A DNA stretch of 64,000 nucleotides, taken from the IMG/VR virus record IMGVR_UViG_3300023175_000009, one strand, 5' to 3'. A program made the translations under genes and the position numbers. How positions within the stretch are numbered: the stretch's first letter is position 1; every line of letters starts with the position of its first letter. The DNA is from a virus. The notes beneath the pieces were generated by a model that saw only the letters and a program-made list of their open reading frames with translations, did not search any database and was not told the origin of the DNA. Positions 61,823 through 64,000 of this stretch are shown here, one piece after another.

Positions 61823-62596
61823 ATGGCATTTAATGTATCAGAATTTAAATCACAAATGGATTGGTTTGGTGGCCCAGCCAAACCTTCTTTATTTGAATTA
61901 CAGATTGTAAATTATCCTGGTGTTAGATCTAGAGCTAATTCTAGAGATATGACTTTCTTTTGTAAAAATGCTACTATTCCTGGAATGGTTTTCCAATCTC
62001 AAATTTGGGAACCTGTTGCACAAATGAGAAAAGTTATGCCAATGACTTGGAATCCAGAACCAGTGCAAGCTATTTTTATGCTAGATTCTGATCATCAAGT
62101 ATTATCATTCATGCATTCATGGGCACAAAATGTAATCAACTTTTCTAATGAAGGTGGTGATTTTGCCGAAGTAGATGGTAAATTACCTTTTGAAGTAGGA
62201 TATAAAGATGAGTATTCAGCTCGTGTTATTATTAGAGCTTATTCTACAAACTATTATATCTCAGGCCAATATTATGAAGTTGTTTTAGATGGTGCATTTC
62301 CTTTACAAATGGGAGATGTAGACTTGGCTTGGGAAAACAATGACCAATTTTCTGTATTACCAGTAAGTTTTCAATACGATAGAATTCATTATGCTGGTGA
62401 AAAAATTGGTTCACCAACTGCACCTTTTGGACGCGGTAATGGCTTATTAGGACTTATAAGCGCTATCGGAGGAGTCGGACAATTAATTGGACAAAATATT
62501 ATACCAAGAAGTGTACAAGATGCAGTAAATAAATTTACAAGAGTTACTAATTCAGTTGATAGAATTTCAAGGGAGATAAATCAAGTAACTAGATAA
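61823..62596 (+). CDS. Baseplate tail-tube initiator (gp54/gp19-like)
   Basis: FFCKNATIPG...YKDEY...GAFPLQMGDVDLAW motif; position between gp2 and gp26. Confidence 0.75.
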   Translation: MAFNVSEFKSQMDWFGGPAKPSLFELQIVNYPGVRSRANSRDMTFFCKNATIPGMVFQSQIWEPVAQMRKVMPMTWNPEPVQAIFMLDSDHQVLSFMHSWAQNVINFSNEGGDFAEVDGKLPFEVGYKDEYSARVIIRAYSTNYYISGQYYEVVLDGAFPLQMGDVDLAWENNDQFSVLPVSFQYDRIHYAGEKIGSPTAPFGRGNGLLGLISAIGGVGQLIGQNIIPRSVQDAVNKFTRVTNSVDRISREINQVTR

Positions 62597-62611
62597 TGAG
62601 GAGTTAATATT

Positions 62612-63316
62612 ATGGCTTTACCAAAAATTGATTTGCCAATATTTGAGTTGATTTTACCATCAACACAAGAAAAAATTAAATATAGACCGTTTACGGTTAA
62701 AGAAGAAAAAATTCTTTTGGTAGCACAAGAATCAAAAGAACCGGAGCAAGAGGTACTTGCTGCAAAACAAGTTGTAAATAATTGCTTAATTGATATGGAT
62801 GTGGATGATTTAGCAATGTTTGACTTGGAGTATGTTTTATTAATGTTAAGATCTAAATCAGTAGATAATAATATTGCATTTACGATTAAAGACCCGGATA
62901 CTGAAGAAGAAGTTACACTAAGTATAGATGTAGAATCTGATCCAGTATTAACATATGATGATGAACATACAAATGAAATACAAGTTAATGAAGATTTTGT
63001 ATTATATTTAAAGTATCCGACAATTAATGAATTTTTTGCATTATTAAGTAATAAAGATGATGATGCTCTTACGAACTATAATGTAATGATTAATTGTTTA
63101 GATAAAATTGCTTCTGCAGATGAAGTGCATTATTTTAAAGATCATTCTGCTGAAGATATTGATGGTTTTATGGATAATTTAGACGGGAATGTTATTAAAA
63201 GCATTCAAAAGTTTTTTGAAACTATGCCTAAATTAAGACATGAAATGAAATATACGAATAGTAATGGAGATGAAAAAACGTTTGTAGTGGAGGGAATGCG
63301 AACTTTTTTTATCTAG
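62612..63316 (+). CDS. gp26: Baseplate hub assembly protein gp26
   Basis: MALPKIDLPIFEL.LPST..KIKYRPFTVKEEKILL...DLEYVLLMLRSKSV...FFETMPKL...EGMRTFF. Confidence 0.92.
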   Translation: MALPKIDLPIFELILPSTQEKIKYRPFTVKEEKILLVAQESKEPEQEVLAAKQVVNNCLIDMDVDDLAMFDLEYVLLMLRSKSVDNNIAFTIKDPDTEEEVTLSIDVESDPVLTYDDEHTNEIQVNEDFVLYLKYPTINEFFALLSNKDDDALTNYNVMINCLDKIASADEVHYFKDHSAEDIDGFMDNLDGNVIKSIQKFFETMPKLRHEMKYTNSNGDEKTFVVEGMRTFFI

Positions 63317-63489
63317 TGCTGAGTCATACAAGTCTTAGTGAGTATTATAAAATTGTATTCGCTTTGGCTCAGCATCATAAATATTCTATAAGTGATATAG
63401 AAAATATGTTACCTTATGAGAGAGATATTTACTTTACTATGTTAATTGAATATATAAAAGAACAGAACGAACAAAATAAATCAAAATAA
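63316..63489 (+). CDS. gp51: Baseplate hub assembly catalyst gp51-like (57 aa)
   Basis: Not in the track. Manual translation from GTG: (M)LSHTSLSEYYKIVFALAQHHKYSISDIENMLPYERDIYFTMLIEYIKEQNEQNKSK. Confidence 0.8.
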   Translation: MLSHTSLSEYYKIVFALAQHHKYSISDIENMLPYERDIYFTMLIEYIKEQNEQNKSK

Positions 63490-63502
63490 AGGTTAAAATT
63501 AA

Positions 63503-64000
63503 ATGGCTATTTCTGAAAACACACAGGCTATAATCGACAGACTTCGAGCTGAAGGCGATCTTATACGAAATTCAGGAACAAATTCAATTCGTAATGTAAA
63601 AATTGAGTTAGAAAAATTTGCGCCATTATTTAAATCTATTGAATATAATATAAGAGCTTCGACAAATATATTAAGAAATCAAGCTGGGATTATGTCCGAT
63701 CAGCTTGAAGCGCAAAGAACTTCTGAACAATTAGCAGAATTAAATAGCGCTGCTGCAACTAATCAAATGGCAGAAGATTCAAACACGGTAGAAAAAGAGA
63801 AAGAGCAAGAAAAAGTTACAGTAAAAGGAATTGTATCTGATGCATTAAAATTTGCAGGAATAAGTGCAGTAGGTGTAACTGGATTCTTAGTTGCTAAAGG
63901 TTTTTTCGATGCTTATGGTGGTGCAAGTAAGTTTTTTGAAGACGAACTTGGTATTCCAGTAGCAAAATTAAAAGAAAGATTTGGAATTATTGGAACAGCC
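63503..64000 (+). CDS. Probable tape measure/gp29-like protein (5' part, truncated by the window edge)
   Basis: Open 166 codons, MAISENTQAIIDRLRAEGDLIRNSGTNSIR..., helical with a hydrophobic Gly/Ala stretch; position after gp26/gp51. Confidence 0.55.
   Translation, partial: MAISENTQAIIDRLRAEGDLIRNSGTNSIRNVKIELEKFAPLFKSIEYNIRASTNILRNQAGIMSDQLEAQRTSEQLAELNSAAATNQMAEDSNTVEKEKEQEKVTVKGIVSDALKFAGISAVGVTGFLVAKGFFDAYGGASKFFEDELGIPVAKLKERFGIIGTA

Noticed and set aside
1-64000. tRNA/rRNA genes, introns, inteins or stop-codon reassignment
   Set aside because: Intergenic gaps are under ~100 nt with no cloverleaf seen, ORFs tile the window under the standard code, and no intein or homing-endonuclease motifs were recognised.

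Overview
An AT-rich window from a large T4-like myophage (Tevenvirinae/Kyanoviridae-type gene order, probably aquatic; the host cannot be determined from the sequence). It covers the late structural region. From right to left it holds a + strand block (gp4, gp2, gp54/gp19-like, gp26, gp51, start of a probable tape measure), a switch point with paired TATAAATA late promoters at ~60.7 kb, and a ~60 kb - strand block. The - strand block carries baseplate genes (gp48, split gp53, hub, gp5, M15 peptidase, gp25, gp6, gp7-like, gp9/10-like, S8 protease, gp8, DUF4815/VrlC-like) followed by giant fibre/virion proteins (3996, 1748 collagen-like, 1300, 846 and 3194 aa). Best candidate for a new system: directly after the 3194-aa fibre, apparently in the same late operon, sit two tandem paralogous ~126-aa genes ending in an identical (CHxS)3-RGRR tail. 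They are followed by a radical SAM/SPASM-like enzyme gene that the ORF track misses because it runs off the left edge. This looks like a phage-encoded RiPP-like modification system coupled to the tail fibre. Other highlights: phycobiliprotein-like CxRD-x-GY...GG repeats in the 3996-aa protein, and a T-TTT-TTT -1 frameshift site that could fuse gp26 to gp51 just upstream of the tape measure. All family assignments come from motif recognition and synteny; no searches were run.
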